The translations under genes were made by a program, and so were the position numbers. From Plasmodiophora brassicae (Eukaryota), in the NCBI GenBank assembly GCA_036867785.1, contig CP145417.1, forward strand, positions 992,001 through 1,056,000: a stretch of DNA of 64,000 bases, read 5' to 3'. The notes under the pieces are model-generated. The model did not search any database and had not been told where the DNA came from. It saw only the letters and a program-made list of their open reading frames with translations. Each line of letters opens with the position of its first letter. Within the stretch, counting starts at the first letter, position 1. Below, one piece after another: positions 43,501 through 54,848 of the stretch.

Positions 43501-45192
43501 GAGAACGCCGTGCAACAGGACGAACGGTCACCAGCTGCACGTGGACAGCAGCAGTCAGCGGCGGGCGACAACGTAACGTCGTCGGCAGCGGCGGTGCCCG
43601 ACGACGCTGGGCGTCCATTGGAGTCCGCACGACGTCAAGCGCCTGACGAGCGTCCTGCTCCCGACCACGGCCGGACGGAGCGTGATGACGAGCCACAGCG
43701 GGACGGGTGGTTCAGCAACTGGAGGAACCAGCGGGGCCAGGAACCGAAGGGGACCGCCTCCACCGGGGACATGGCGCCGGCATCGGCAAGCGGCAATCCT
43801 GACGACAGCAGGGACCGCCAGCATGAGCAGAATAACGAGGGTACACCGCACAACGTGAAGGGCGCAGGGCGTCCCGCAGAGACCCCCGCGCGACAGGATG
43901 AATCGTCACCAGCTGCACGTGGACAGCAGCAGCCAGCGGCGGGCGACAACGTGACGTCGTCGGCAGCGGCGGTGCCCGACGAGGCAGGGCGTCCTTTGGA
44001 GTCCGCACGACGTCAAGCGCCTGACGAGCGCCCTGCTCCCGACCAGGGCCGGACGGAGCGTGATGACGAGCCACAGCGGGACGGGTGGTTCAGCAACTGG
44101 AGGAACCAGCGGGGCCAGGAACCGAAGGCGACCGCCTCCACCAGGGACATGGCGCCGGCATCGGCGAGCGGCAACCCTGACGACAGCAGGGACCGCCAGC
44201 GTGAGCAGAATAACGAGCCGCCCGTCAAAGAGCAATCCGGTCGCCCGGTGGAACGCCGCGACGAGGACACGCCTGACGAGAGACGCGACAGCAGTCGGGA
44301 CGGCACAGCAGGGTCGCAGGACGACAGGCCAAGTGCCGAGGACACGACGAACGCATGGACTGACTGGTTCGGCAGCGGTCGCAATGGGCAGCCGACGTCG
44401 ACCATGGCCAACGACGCTGGACAGCAGCGCGAGGCAAGCAACGAGCAGCCGGCTGCGGACGACAATGGACGCCAATGGGGTGACTGGTTCGGCAAGACCA
44501 ACGAAGAGCAGCCCGCCCGGCCGGATTCGAATACGCCGCAATCGTCTCAGGCCGTTCCGGACGGGAACGCACCCGATCGACGTTTCGACGGGTCCCGCGG
44601 GCCGACAGATGGCGACGCCCAGCGACAGGATGCCGTGCCGAGCAACGATTCGCCACAAGGCCCTGATCGGAAGCAACGCAAGCGCGACGCGCCTGTCGCA
44701 CAGGACCCGTCGTCCCATCAGGACCACCCCGCGTTCCAGAACCAGGGCGACAGCGTGCCTCAGGAACATGGCGATGGCGTCAACGTTCAAGGAGCACCTA
44801 CCGACGACGCCCGCAACCAGGCGCAGGAAGAGTCAAACCCGTTCAGTAGACGACCAGCTGCAACGCTCAATGAGGGCACACAGCAGCACAATACCGACGC
44901 AGGTCAGCAAGTGCCAACCGCTGGCGGCCCTGACCAGCACCAGCAGCGGTCGCAGACGGCGGCGCCTGATCGGGTTCCGCCGGCAACGCGCGGGCAAGAA
45001 GCGGGCGATGGCGATGGTGCCGACGACAATGGCAGGACGACGAGGTCCGCGGCCAGAGACCAGGAGGCCGGTGATGCAGAAGCGACCGGCGACGGGCAGG
45101 AACCCGACATGTCCGACTGGACAGAGGTTCGCAAACGGCAGTGGCGTCGTCGCAACCGACGACAGCGAGTGTTTCGAGCATGGGGAGAATGA
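40522..45192 (+). CDS. About 1556-aa intrinsically disordered, internally repeated protein
   Basis: Uninterrupted ORF rich in D/E/Q/P/A/G with polyQ, recurrent GWF..F and EF(S/H)SNAVG motifs, and 200-370-bp internal duplications. Confidence 0.85.
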   Translation: MDNKDDDEQRQRVPQRAPRTRRISSKVAPGEVTSITDRLFPTAAPSAVAEEDEAAGDNASAPVMIPVRKERSMNEAIVPAERVDDVLAADDPKQAAAAAAAELQDADPAPPVPEQASVQPVQDAPDDRDTASAAVPTADDDDAIGNDAGPDGSGAPTEEPSPEVASDAAVGPEQQSDDVEKEKKDGWFAGLFKRGDDADQRRGSDAKATGAAEDANGMGGRPDQQDPGQGKTSMPAQQQQQQQQQPQQQQQQEQERERQEFSSNAVGGSPDVPGNERHPAPESTSPRPEDEQRRGQEAPKKASGQEEPRSNAADTSRDATPSERRPEAMRQQQDSSPTTPPPPRAEQERHGQDQLATKGAPEQEEFSSNAVGDQQRQGVPNGHDAEKKPDGEKQKGGWFSGLFKRGNRDRNEAGDAKTNKDAPSNDREDQHVPKMDTAPAEQPQAQADQQRDDDRSRAIAGADQQPDANQSPREHGREVPTTAPPKEEASPNDVDGMTDPVQPSRSPDADRAPVQEDADDPTTNKPAADPEEFHSNAVGGGQQQPDEAHVPRDEDNEEAARPNDIDGKADPAQPSRSPEPDRVPVQEDDDSPTTNKAAADPEEFHSNAVGGGQQQPDEAPSRGDRADKKDGWFSRMFRRGDRQTAPSKENPSEPAARLPQAASNAIGNDEAADEVAGPPPSSRPDQALAPSDADASNDNAAPQLSSTSPNDDVASTTEATSGADNVPAASNADRNGAPEEGPSPVSPIGQDDAGDTVGNAAVPARGDDNADASGPDDAQERKVPDPASWFKGFRGRDQTRRPDSNDSVADKQVPADDSQQDAAQGTPQEDAAAVASGGRPDRPVAEGRPVDNVGDGNDKGAADERLGGDDGNGARDPWDAQHDVKGAGRPAENAVQQDEPSPAARSRDDGAAKAAPAAESQQDAVQDTPQVGAAAVASGERPDRPVAEGRPVDNAGDGKGQAAADKRLDRDDGNGARDPWGAQPDVKGAGRPAENAVQQDERSPAARGQQQSAAGDNVTSSAAAVPDDAGRPLESARRQAPDERPAPDHGRTERDDEPQRDGWFSNWRNQRGQEPKGTASTGDMAPASASGNPDDSRDRQHEQNNEGTPHNVKGAGRPAETPARQDESSPAARGQQQPAAGDNVTSSAAAVPDEAGRPLESARRQAPDERPAPDQGRTERDDEPQRDGWFSNWRNQRGQEPKATASTRDMAPASASGNPDDSRDRQREQNNEPPVKEQSGRPVERRDEDTPDERRDSSRDGTAGSQDDRPSAEDTTNAWTDWFGSGRNGQPTSTMANDAGQQREASNEQPAADDNGRQWGDWFGKTNEEQPARPDSNTPQSSQAVPDGNAPDRRFDGSRGPTDGDAQRQDAVPSNDSPQGPDRKQRKRDAPVAQDPSSHQDHPAFQNQGDSVPQEHGDGVNVQGAPTDDARNQAQEESNPFSRRPAATLNEGTQQHNTDAGQQVPTAGGPDQHQQRSQTAAPDRVPPATRGQEAGDGDGADDNGRTTRSAARDQEAGDAEATGDGQEPDMSDWTEVRKRQWRRRNRRQRVFRAWGE

Positions 45193-45359
45193 ATAAACGC
45201 CCATGGCCGTTGATAGCACTGAAGCCTTGTTGCGCGGGACGGGACCGGTTCACGGCGGCGCCATGGTCGATTTCGTCCAGTTCGCAACACCGCCCCTGGG
45301 CGCTTTGCTGTCGGACGATCCCAAACCGTTGCCCCGAGGACACATACGTCGCGTATAGT

Positions 45360-47516
45360 TTAGAAGTCGAAATGGGGCCGGAACAGGTTCACGTCGCGCT
45401 TGTCGACGAGCGAGCAGATCTCCGGCGGTTGGTTCATCGACGCCAGCGTAATGCTCAGATAGCTCCAGACGTGGTCCGCCGCAGGGTTCCTGGCAAGCGT
45501 CGCCAGGTACGTCTGGGCGGCTTCCCGATGGAGGCCTTGGTTGGCGAAGCTTATGCCCAAGTTGGCCAGCGCCCGGACGTAGTTCGGCTTCAGCTCCAAC
45601 GCTCTGAGTAGAACAACCGATGGTTATCGTGAGACAGTCGACCGGTGAACGAAACGTACCTTCGGTACGAGTGGACAGCGCTGTGGCTCTGCGCCCCGTT
45701 GGCCTGCGTGGCGCCAAGCTTGTTCCATAGCGACGGGTCGTCCGGCTTCAATTGGGTGGCCTGAAGCAGGTGCTGCGATGCTCGGGAATACTCCCCGGAT
45801 ATGTTGAACAGAACGCCCAGCACGGCCTGGACGTCTGGATCCTGCGGTTTCATGGCCGCAGCCTTGAGGAACATCTCGGTGACTTCCTCGCACAGCGAGG
45901 AGGACGATGACGAGCCATGAAGCTGCGGCGTGGCAGGAGACGACGCTGCAGCCTTGCCCGACGTGTCGATGAACTGGAAGTCGGGGTTGTTCTCAAGCCA
46001 CGATTTCAGCGCCGACAGCGCGCGAGGCTGGTCAAGGTCGTTGGTGTGGCTAACGCCCAGCATCAGCAGGGATTGGAGATTGTAAGGGTCGAGATCCAGC
46101 GCCGTTGTGAGAGCCGCAATGCACTGCGGGTCGTTCTCGTTGTCGGCGTTGCACTGCCCCAGCAGCCTCCACGCGTCGACATTGTTCGGCGAGCGCTGCA
46201 CCTCGGCTTCGAACGCCAGAACAGCATCTCCCAGAAGACCGGCCTTCATGAGGGATAGCCCCTCCTGCATGGGGTCTTCGGACCTCATGAATGGATTCGA
46301 CTCTGCGAACACGTACGACGCGTGCCGAGTGGGGTCCTGGGCGGGTCGTTCCCGATGCATGGACTCCACGTACTCCTTCCAGTCAAAGTTGTCGAAATCG
46401 TCCAGCCAGGCCGTCGTCATATCCTCCAGCTCCGCCGCTCCTTGCTGGCCCTCAAACTGTTGGGCCCAGTTCTCAGCACCGTGCTCCTGGCCCGTGGCAA
46501 ACTCGTTCGCCCAGGCGGTTTCTGTCGCGCCGGACTCGAACTCGCTCGCCCAGGGATCATATCTGTGCCAACAGCGGGCGTGAGATGAAGGTTGCGAGCC
46601 CCAAGTACCCCCGCTCAGCACTGACAGCGTTTCGAACTGTTCCACTGTCGACATCTCGGGTGGGACAATTTCCTTCACACAGTTGGCCTCCTCGTCGAGT
46701 TCGATCTCGCCTTTCTCCAACTGCACAACGACGTGTGATCAGGCCTGGAACTGGGAACAACACGGAGCGGCAATTACCCGCGCAAGGAAGTTCACGAATC
46801 GCGACGTGCGAATCTTCTCATTGGAGCAGGTCTGAAGCTTTCTCAGCATTCCCGAGTCGAGCGGCCCGGACGGGGTCGTCTTCCGAGCTCGCTCCTGACG
46901 TTCGAACTCATCCGGCCAGCTCTGCTGCTCGAACTGCTCCGCCCACGACTGGTTCTGCGGGGCCGCCCCGACGAACTCGCTGACCCACTCTGCAACGACG
47001 AACGTGTCTGGGTCAACTGCGCAGTCGGAACAGGCGCCGGTCACGTACCTGGACGGGGACCTGCCTGATGCACTGAAAGGAACTGGTCCGCCCATGGATT
47101 CGGAGCGGAAACATGCGGCATGTAGAGCTGGGCGTGCATGGCAGACGGGGGAGGCGCGACTTGCAATTTCCAATGCTCAAACTGGTCGACGAGCGCGTCC
47201 GGTGCGAGTGACGCGTGCTGTCCGCCGGCGTCGTACAGCCTCTCTACCAGCCGGTCGTTTGTTCACAGGGCACGCGCCATGCCCACAACGGAGTACGCAT
47301 ACCGAACTGAGCAACCTGGTCGACAGGGCCCATGGGCGCCGACCGTTCATGTTCGGCAAGAACGTCCGTCGGCGACGGCCACGCGACGGCCGACGGCGGC
47401 GCGCCGGCGAACTCGAGCCGCCCGTGGATGTCCTTCCCGGCGACCTGCGATGCCAGCTGCCCGAACGCGGATCGCTGGCCGCACTCGCCCGACGACGCCA
47501 GCTGACGTAACGCCAT
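45360..47516 (-). CDS. PEX5: PTS1 receptor PEX5 (multi-exon)
   Basis: N-terminal MALRQLASSGEC with the conserved Cys; WxxxF motifs (WVSEF, WAEQF, WPDEF, WASEF, WANEF, WAQQF); TPRs AVLAFEAEV, LWNKLGATQANG, KPNYVRA. Confidence 0.95.
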
Positions 47517-47718
47517 CGTCAACGCGCAAACGTCGCCGACCGCGCCCCAAATGCCCAAGTCCGTGACCGGCCTCGTCCAACACTTGAGGAGCGCACGCGC
47601 GCACCAACCGAAGATGGGCCAGCCCGGTTCGCACAACAACGCTGGCGTGTGTGTTTCAGCGTTTTATTCACAGTATGGGCGTGGCGGATGAGGTTGACAA
47701 ACGACGACGACGACGACC

Positions 47719-48081
47719 TCACATCTTCTTCGAGGACTTGACGGCGCCGAGGATGTGCGGCTGGATGGCTTTGCCGATCCTGAACATGCCGATCTCCTTG
47801 CCGCCCATGACCTTCTTCAGCTTGGCGTCGCAGACGACGACGCGTTTGTCGGACGACTTCTGCAGGTCGTTCTTCTTGATGTAGCCCCAGACCTGCTTCG
47901 TGACGGCCGTGCGGGTCAGCGACTTCTTGCCACCGCAGACGGCGCTGAGTTCCGGCGACAGCTTATGGGTGCGCGTGTTCAGGAACGTCTTACGCGACTT
48001 GGGCCCCGCCGATCGCGCGAACGCCGCCATTGAGAAACCGGTCTTGGCCGCCGGCAGCATCGAACGAACCAGGCGGAACAT
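47719..48081 (-). CDS. Stand-alone SWIB/MDM2 domain protein with a likely mitochondrial presequence
   Basis: LSPELSAVCG..RTAVTKQVWGYIKKNDLQ..VCDAKLK..MF; basic amphipathic N-terminus. Confidence 0.88.
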   Translation of the reverse strand: MFRLVRSMLPAAKTGFSMAAFARSAGPKSRKTFLNTRTHKLSPELSAVCGGKKSLTRTAVTKQVWGYIKKNDLQKSSDKRVVVCDAKLKKVMGGKEIGMFRIGKAIQPHILGAVKSSKKM

Positions 48082-48428
48082 GGTCGACAGCTATGTTTGG
48101 GATTCGAGAACCAACGGCACCAAACGCCCGGACGGATTCAGCTTTGGGCGCGAGTCACAGGAGAGATCACAGCTCAGCTGGCAGACGACCTCCCCAATCG
48201 CACTGCAGTCGCCGTCTCTGGGACTACGTGCCCATCCTGTGCTGCAGAGACGACTCTGCTTCCCCCCAATCACCCGGTCCACCAATTGCCACACCGGTCA
48301 TACAGACCCTGGTGGATCTGCATAGCGAACCGCACGGTGAAACGTCGAGTCCACGCGAGGCCCGTAACGAACCGCGGTATGCGACGCTGGACCGTTACAC
48401 GGGTTGCTCAACAGGGCATTTGGCGTCA

Positions 48429-51400
48429 TGATCCCCCAGACGACGTCGCCGTCGCCGGCAACGATGCTGGCGTGCGCCATGCTGGCCGTGACGGCGATCG
48501 TGCTGGTCCGCGCGGCGCGGCCGCATCGTCGACGGCGTCGCCGCGTGCCACTGGCAGGGGGAGGTGCAGTTCCCAGTGGCGCGAAGAAGTGCGTGGTCAG
48601 AATGATGGCGGCTGCCGATTCGCGGCAGCAGCTGGTGACGCGGGCGCCGCCGCCGGGGCCGCTACCCGTCGAGATCCGGTCGGCGCTGCCGGATGTCGCA
48701 CGCGACGTCGTCCTGTACAGCGAGGACGGCGACCTGCGCGCCTGGGTCCTGCGCCTGATTGCGCCGCCCGCCGCCGAGGATGCCGCCGCGTTCGTCGACG
48801 GGTTGCGACAGGCGAACACGTCGAGCGTCTGCGCGTATTCGTTCAAGGCTGGCGAGCCGGCGTATCAGTGCGGCACGTGCGGTGTTGACCCGACGTGTAT
48901 CCAGTGCGCGGCGTGCTTTACCGCCGCTGATCACACCGGGCACGACATCAAGATGACGCATGCCGGCGGCGGTGGCATGTGCGATTGCGGTGATGAGAGC
49001 TCGTGGGCTCCTGCTGGGTTCTGTCGTAATCATCGTGGACGTTCCGCCACGGTCGACGTTCCCAGCTGCAGCCTTCCAGAGCACACATCCACCGTCATTT
49101 CGGAATTCGTGAGGCTGGCAGCGTTATCACTGCTCCATACCGATGGACACTTCGCTGTCGATGACAGCATTCCGACGTACGATGGGGGATACGTCGGCGT
49201 CCTGTTCAACGACGACGTCCATTCGTTCGATTCAGTGGTGAGCCACCTGCAGCATGTTACCGGGTTGACGCGACGCGGCGCCACGACGACCGCGCTGGTC
49301 GTGGACCTGTTCGGGCAGAGCGTCTTCTTTCGCGGGTCAATGCAACAGTGCCAGGATGCGGTTGATTCCATCACGGAGCGTGTCGGCGTTGATGCGTCCG
49401 TGCAGAACCTGCCGGCGTTTCTGATCAAGGAATCCCGGTTGATTCGTCTGCTGGATATACTCACCGACCTGTGCTCCTGCTCCGACCTCTTGCGCGATGC
49501 CGTCGGGCGCTCGTTGACGACAACCACTACGTCGACGTTAGGAGATGGCCACGCGATCCCGCTGGTGTCCGCCATCATGCGCGTCTCGGCGATCCTGCAA
49601 CGCGAGCTGTCGCAGGCGGTTGGCCGCCTGCACTTTCAGCTGTTCGTGGACGCGGAGTTCAAGGAGTACTTCACGATGGTCTTCACCCGGGACTATTCGC
49701 GCCTTCTCACGAGCGCCCGGCACGCGCGGCACTCGCGCACCCGGTCTGTGCTGGACTACTCGGTCCAGCTGTACACGATTCCCGATATGGTCTTGCGCTT
49801 GTGCCGGGAGCAGGACCTGCTCTCTGTTTTCTTGTCGAACTTTCGCAATTGGTTCTTGGACCATCTGGAAGAGTCGAATCTGGATGCGCGCCCGTTCAGT
49901 GATTTGCAGTACATCCTGAGGAACCATGGCGTTCTTGAGTTTGTCATTTCCGAACGTGTCGATCTTCTGCAGTCGTGGCTCGATATTCTTCGCGTCGCCG
50001 AAGGCATCGATTCTCAAAGGCGTGAATGCGGACCGAATCATGTCGAATACGAGAGCCTCGCTTGGTACGGCGCCTTCGCTATTACTGCGAGCCTGTTCCT
50101 AGTGACGCGCGTTCTACGAGATGACATCATGCCGCTGTGGGCAAAGGAGCATCTCGATACCGTGATTCGCCCTCTGGTGTCGCGGTTCATGTCCGACTGG
50201 TCATCGCAGCCTCGAGAGGACCGTGTTGATCTCGGCAACGGGTTCTCTGCTGCCCGGTGCGACATCGTTAACGGCGGCCCCGTGTCGCTGCACTTTCCCC
50301 TACGACGCTTTCTTATGGAACTTGTTGGGACGTTCTGCGTCCAGACCGGCACGTCGCTGTCCGAATGTTTACCTGGGCCGGATGATGCTGTTGCTTTGGT
50401 AGACGAACTTATTCGTGCGTGTGCCTTCACGTGTCACGCTCGTGCCTCTCTCTGGGTCCGCAACGGTAACTTCATTATCCAGCAAGCAGTTGCGTATTCG
50501 CGTTCGGGAACCTTCCGTTCTGCCATGTTTGCCGGCGATCTATTCGGCATGCAATGCGCTGCTGTGCGCCTTGGCGCGGCGCCCTTTCTTTCCTTAATGT
50601 CGTATCGGTTTGCGATTCATGATGTTCTCGAGATTGGGACGGGCAATCTGCCATCATTTGCTGTCATTCGAGAATCGTGGGACCCGGAGAAGGTCAACTA
50701 CACTGTTGAGGCATTCGTGGAAGTCTTTATTACAGTGTTGACCGATCGGGGGCATCTCCGTCACCAACACGATCACGAGCTTTGGTCGCTTCGTCGCAAC
50801 GTCGTCCACTGTTTGCTGCTGGGTGAAGCGACGTACAGTGAGGTCCTTCAGTTCTTTGGCGTCGAGCAGCCTCCTGAATACCTGGACGACATGCTGGACG
50901 AAGTCGCTGTCTACATTGTCCCTCGTGACATGGAATCCGGCAAGTACCGCGTGCGCGATTCGGCAGCGCTTGAGCATTTCGATCCCTTCTTCGCCCACTA
51001 TTCGGACGTGCAGAAGCAGCAAGCGCAGGACAATTTCTCGAAGTTGATGTCCAGTCGGGGTCACGACATCGGGTCTCGGCGGATTCCCCCGTTGCCCGTA
51101 GTGGCGCCCCCGTTTCTCCCCCTGTTGGATATCGTGGTATCTTGCGACGTTGTCGCTCTGGTTCGAAAGCTCCTGACCATGAATCCTGGTCCCCGCCTGT
51201 TGTCCTCTGCGCTATACTTGGTGTCGTTGGCGATCAACGACATTACCCATAACGGGGTTGCGTCAGATGCTTGGGCGGCCGCCATTGTCCAATCTGGTGA
51301 CGATCACAGCGTCCTTCGTACTCTGTGCCAGATTGTTGTGCTAAGTGTATGCGTTTGCCTCGAGTCGTGTGGGTCTGGGACTCTGATTGACCTGCACAGG

Positions 51401-53334
51401 AGACTCATAATGAAGCGTCGAACGGCCTTCTTGCCGTTAAAGCGGAAAGGCATCATGTCGACGAAGTTCGGTTGATATTGAAGGATCTGAGGGAGCTGAG
51501 TGAAGACTGCCGCGCTGTCATCGACTCGTACCAATTCCGGCCAACGGTAAATGACTGAAACCTGATCGTTGATCTGCGCGCCTGTAGTGAATTTGGATGT
51601 GTGTTTGCAGCCGCCGAAAGAGTCGCACGCGCAGGCCGCCGAACGCACGGCGCGTCGGGATGCCGCGCGCGCACGCGCGCTTGCTCGTATCCAGCATCAG
51701 AGCGAAACGTTCTCAAACACCCACCGCGAACACCTCGTTGTCGTTGACGAAGCCGCGCAACAGCAGCGCTCCCACCTGCACTCGTGCATCTGTCAGTCTG
51801 CACGCCATCTGCCGTGTGGCACGTTCGCTGACCGCGTTCCATTCAGTGTGTCGCTCGAACCATTCGCAGGAGGAGATGGGCCTTCTTGCCTGGATTGGAC
51901 GGTGCGAGATCCGCAGTCTCCTGGAAGCGCCTGAACGGCGCTGTCGTAAGCGTCCCCGAGTTCCGCGCCCGAGCGATCGTTTCGTTCGGTATTCACGCGA
52001 CTGCGGGCATGCCATGCATAGTTCCTGCTACGCCAGCTATGTCTCCAGCCTGCTGGGTAGGAAATCGTCCCGACAGCACTACGAAGGGGAGTTCGTGGTC
52101 AATGTGCGTCGTTGGATTGTCGGTATGGATGCGGGGGGCGCTGACGTTTTCCCAGATCTCCGTTGGCGAAATTACGTGCCCGCTCTGCAAATGCCACGCG
52201 AACGTCCTGCTGCCGATTGATCCGCCGACATCGGAAGTGTCAGCGGAATTTGACGACGTTCGTGATGACGGCGGCACCAGCGATGAACAGTGGTTTGAGA
52301 CGTACAGTTCCGCGCTTCTGTCGAGGCTGTCCGACAAGGCCGGTCGGCTTACGCCCGCACCACTGTTATCGCCTGGCTCTGAGGCGCTCTACATCCAGTT
52401 GAACGACCGCTTCCGGTCGTTCTCGAACGACGACAACGCCGTCGTCCGCCTTGTCGCATCGGATATCGGGATCGCCGAGATCCAGTGGCGCGCGCGAACC
52501 TACGCTCCCGATAAGGACCTGGACCACATCCGCCTCCTGATTCGCAGTGCCAGCGTGGTCGTGCGCCGCCAGCTGTTTGCTGGCACGCTGTCCCTGACCC
52601 CGTTCGAAATCGACGCTAAGCAGTGCACCACCATCGACTGCATCGCTCGATATGCTATTCTGCTCCTGGCTATCGGCCTCACGAACGAGCAAGCGCTCTG
52701 CGTTATCCGACGACTGATTCGTGTCGGTTGTCGTACTGCGCCTTCATTAGCGTTCGCGCGGCAAGCGTCCATCCTCTGCTGTACCATGCCTGGCAACGCC
52801 ATTCTATTGCCCGCTTCGGACGACGAGCTGGCCGACGTCCTCGGCGTGGCTGTGCCGTTGGAAACGGCGCTAACCGTGCCGTATCTGTCGCCATTGCCGA
52901 CCGAGTTCCTGGAGTTGTTCAACAAGCACGCCTTCTCGGTTTGCGTCGAGTGTGGGAAGAGGCCGAAGACGGCAGCGCTGTGCCTGGTCTGTGGCGATCT
53001 GCTGTGTGCCGGCAGGGACTGCTCCGTTCCAAGTCTGGGCGGTGGTGCGCTCTCCGTTCACACCTCTCTGTACTGTGGAGAGCAAGCCGCATTCCTACTC
53101 TTATCGCAGTGCTCCGTCGTCCTCATCGCGAACGGGTATTCGTGCGACTTCATCTCGCCGTACCTGGACGCGCACGGCGAAGAAGACGTCGGCCTGCAAC
53201 GAGGCCGGCCGCTGTTCCTGGACGCTGACCGGTGGCAGCGAATCCAACAGCTGGTGACGAACCTGGAGATCGGGTCGTTCGTGTCCAGGAAGCGGTCGTA
53301 TCAGCACGACCTCTTCCCCAGGAACCATTTCTGA
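48429..53334 (+). CDS. UBR-box N-recognin E3 ligase (UBR1/PRT6-like), multi-exon
   Basis: UBR box (CGTCGVDPTCIQC..CDCGD), ClpS-like LFNDDVHSF, WVRNG, CGHAMH/CPLC RING pieces, C-terminal SPYLDAHGEEDVGLQRGRPL. Start codon uncertain. Confidence 0.92.
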
Positions 53335-53552
53335 ATGAATATTCTGCAAATCATACATCTAGCTAAGGAGCGTGTGCCTACTGCTGGAAGTGCCACGAGT
53401 ATTTACCAGACGGGATCTCTCGTCGCACTGACAGGCGAGTCGTCTCGCACTGAAGTGGGACGGTTCCCGAAACATGTGCTGCACCGGTGGGGTTTCCTGA
53501 GACAGGCAGAGGGCAGAGCGCGATCGCAGCGCAGGAAAAGAAGCGCCCCCTG

Positions 53553-53935
53553 TCAGTATATGTATATGGAGTTGAATATAAGCGTCCAGAACAGGACGAA
53601 CGTCTGCACAGATAGCACATCGGTCAGCAAGCATCGCCTGGATGGGCCTCTCGATGGGTCACCGTGGCGCCTTGGAACAGGCCCGGTTTGACAACATGCC
53701 AGGGCGACCTGAAGTACCGTCCGACGCGTCCCTGAACGCGCAGCGCAATGGCCGCCGACGTCACCAACGACATGGCAATGAAGAACGCCAACCCGGCGAC
53801 GCCGCGCAGGCCCAGCAGGCCCGCGACGCACCCGGCGGCCGCCGACACTACCACGCGGCACGAGCTCACCGCCTGGTCGTTATGCGACTCGTTGGCCGCG
53901 TCCACCAGATCGACGGGCGCGCAGTACAGATCCAT
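53553..53935 (-). CDS. EMC6: ER membrane protein complex subunit 6 (intron 53604-53662)
   Basis: N...CR...AAGCVAGLLGL.G..G; spliced C-terminus TFVLFWTLIFNSIYIY. Confidence 0.88.
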
Positions 53936-54065
53936 CGTCGTCGCCGCCGCCGCCGAACGCGATCCCACACGGACCTCTCGGGGTCGGTGGCCTCCTCCTC
54001 CGGCGACGTTCGGGGTGCGCGGGGCGGCGGGGTTCTCGATGGGCACTTCGCCGTAACGAGCGACC

Positions 54066-54848
54066 ATGATGGCGCGACTGGCCGCCCTGGCCGACGCCGA
54101 GGACGAACGCCAGTACCGCCTGGAGCGACAGCGCCGCCGGCAGCCGTCGACGGCGGAACGCGCTCCATCGCCACCACGGCCGCCGCCTGCGGCCATCTCG
54201 GTCCCGGTTCCGTCGCCGCCCCGGCGATCTGCGGAACGCCACCGGCGCCGACGCTCGTACTCCCCGCGGCGACGTCGTTCCTATTCGCCGCGTCGTCGGC
54301 GCACGCCGTCGCCGCCGCGGCGCTCGCGTCGCCAACGCTCCGACCGTCTGGTTCGTCGTAGCTGGTCCCGCGGGCGGTCCGTCTCGTCGAGCCGGTCGCG
54401 AAGCCCGGGGACGCGGACGACGACGACCCGTCCGTCGCGTTCGTACGGGTTCGGCCTGTCGACGTACGGAGGCGACGACGATCGGCGTTGCCCGCCCCGG
54501 CCGGTCGCCGTGTCCACCGACAAATCCGTCCTGACGTCGCTGATCCGCGACACGATGATCACGAACCGCCGCCTGGATACGGAGCAGAAGGACCTGGCCG
54601 TGCACCGGCTGAAGGCCATCGCGCCGGACGACCTGGCACGCCCCGTGCGCCTGATGTCCGAACACCTGAACCTGGTCGCCGCGAACCGCGCTGACGACGA
54701 CCGACGCGACGACGGCGTCTGCTTGGACGCGTTCGGCCGCGAGATGAAGGTCGAACCCCCGCAGGAGACGTACCAGCAGTTCAAAGCGCGTCGGCTGAAG
54801 GAGCTGGCCGCTGCTGCCGCATCCCGTAACAATGCCAAACCGTCATAG
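54066..54848 (+). CDS. Arg/Ser-rich protein of unknown function
   Basis: RRRSYSP repeats followed by a globular-looking C-terminus. Confidence 0.65.
   Translation: MMARLAALADAEDERQYRLERQRRRQPSTAERAPSPPRPPPAAISVPVPSPPRRSAERHRRRRSYSPRRRRSYSPRRRRTPSPPRRSRRQRSDRLVRRSWSRGRSVSSSRSRSPGTRTTTTRPSRSYGFGLSTYGGDDDRRCPPRPVAVSTDKSVLTSLIRDTMITNRRLDTEQKDLAVHRLKAIAPDDLARPVRLMSEHLNLVAANRADDDRRDDGVCLDAFGREMKVEPPQETYQQFKARRLKELAAAAASRNNAKPS

Noticed and set aside
29625-47516. Peroxisome gene cluster (PEX16 + PEX5)
   Set aside because: They are about 15 kb apart with unrelated genes between, which is consistent with chance in a compact genome.
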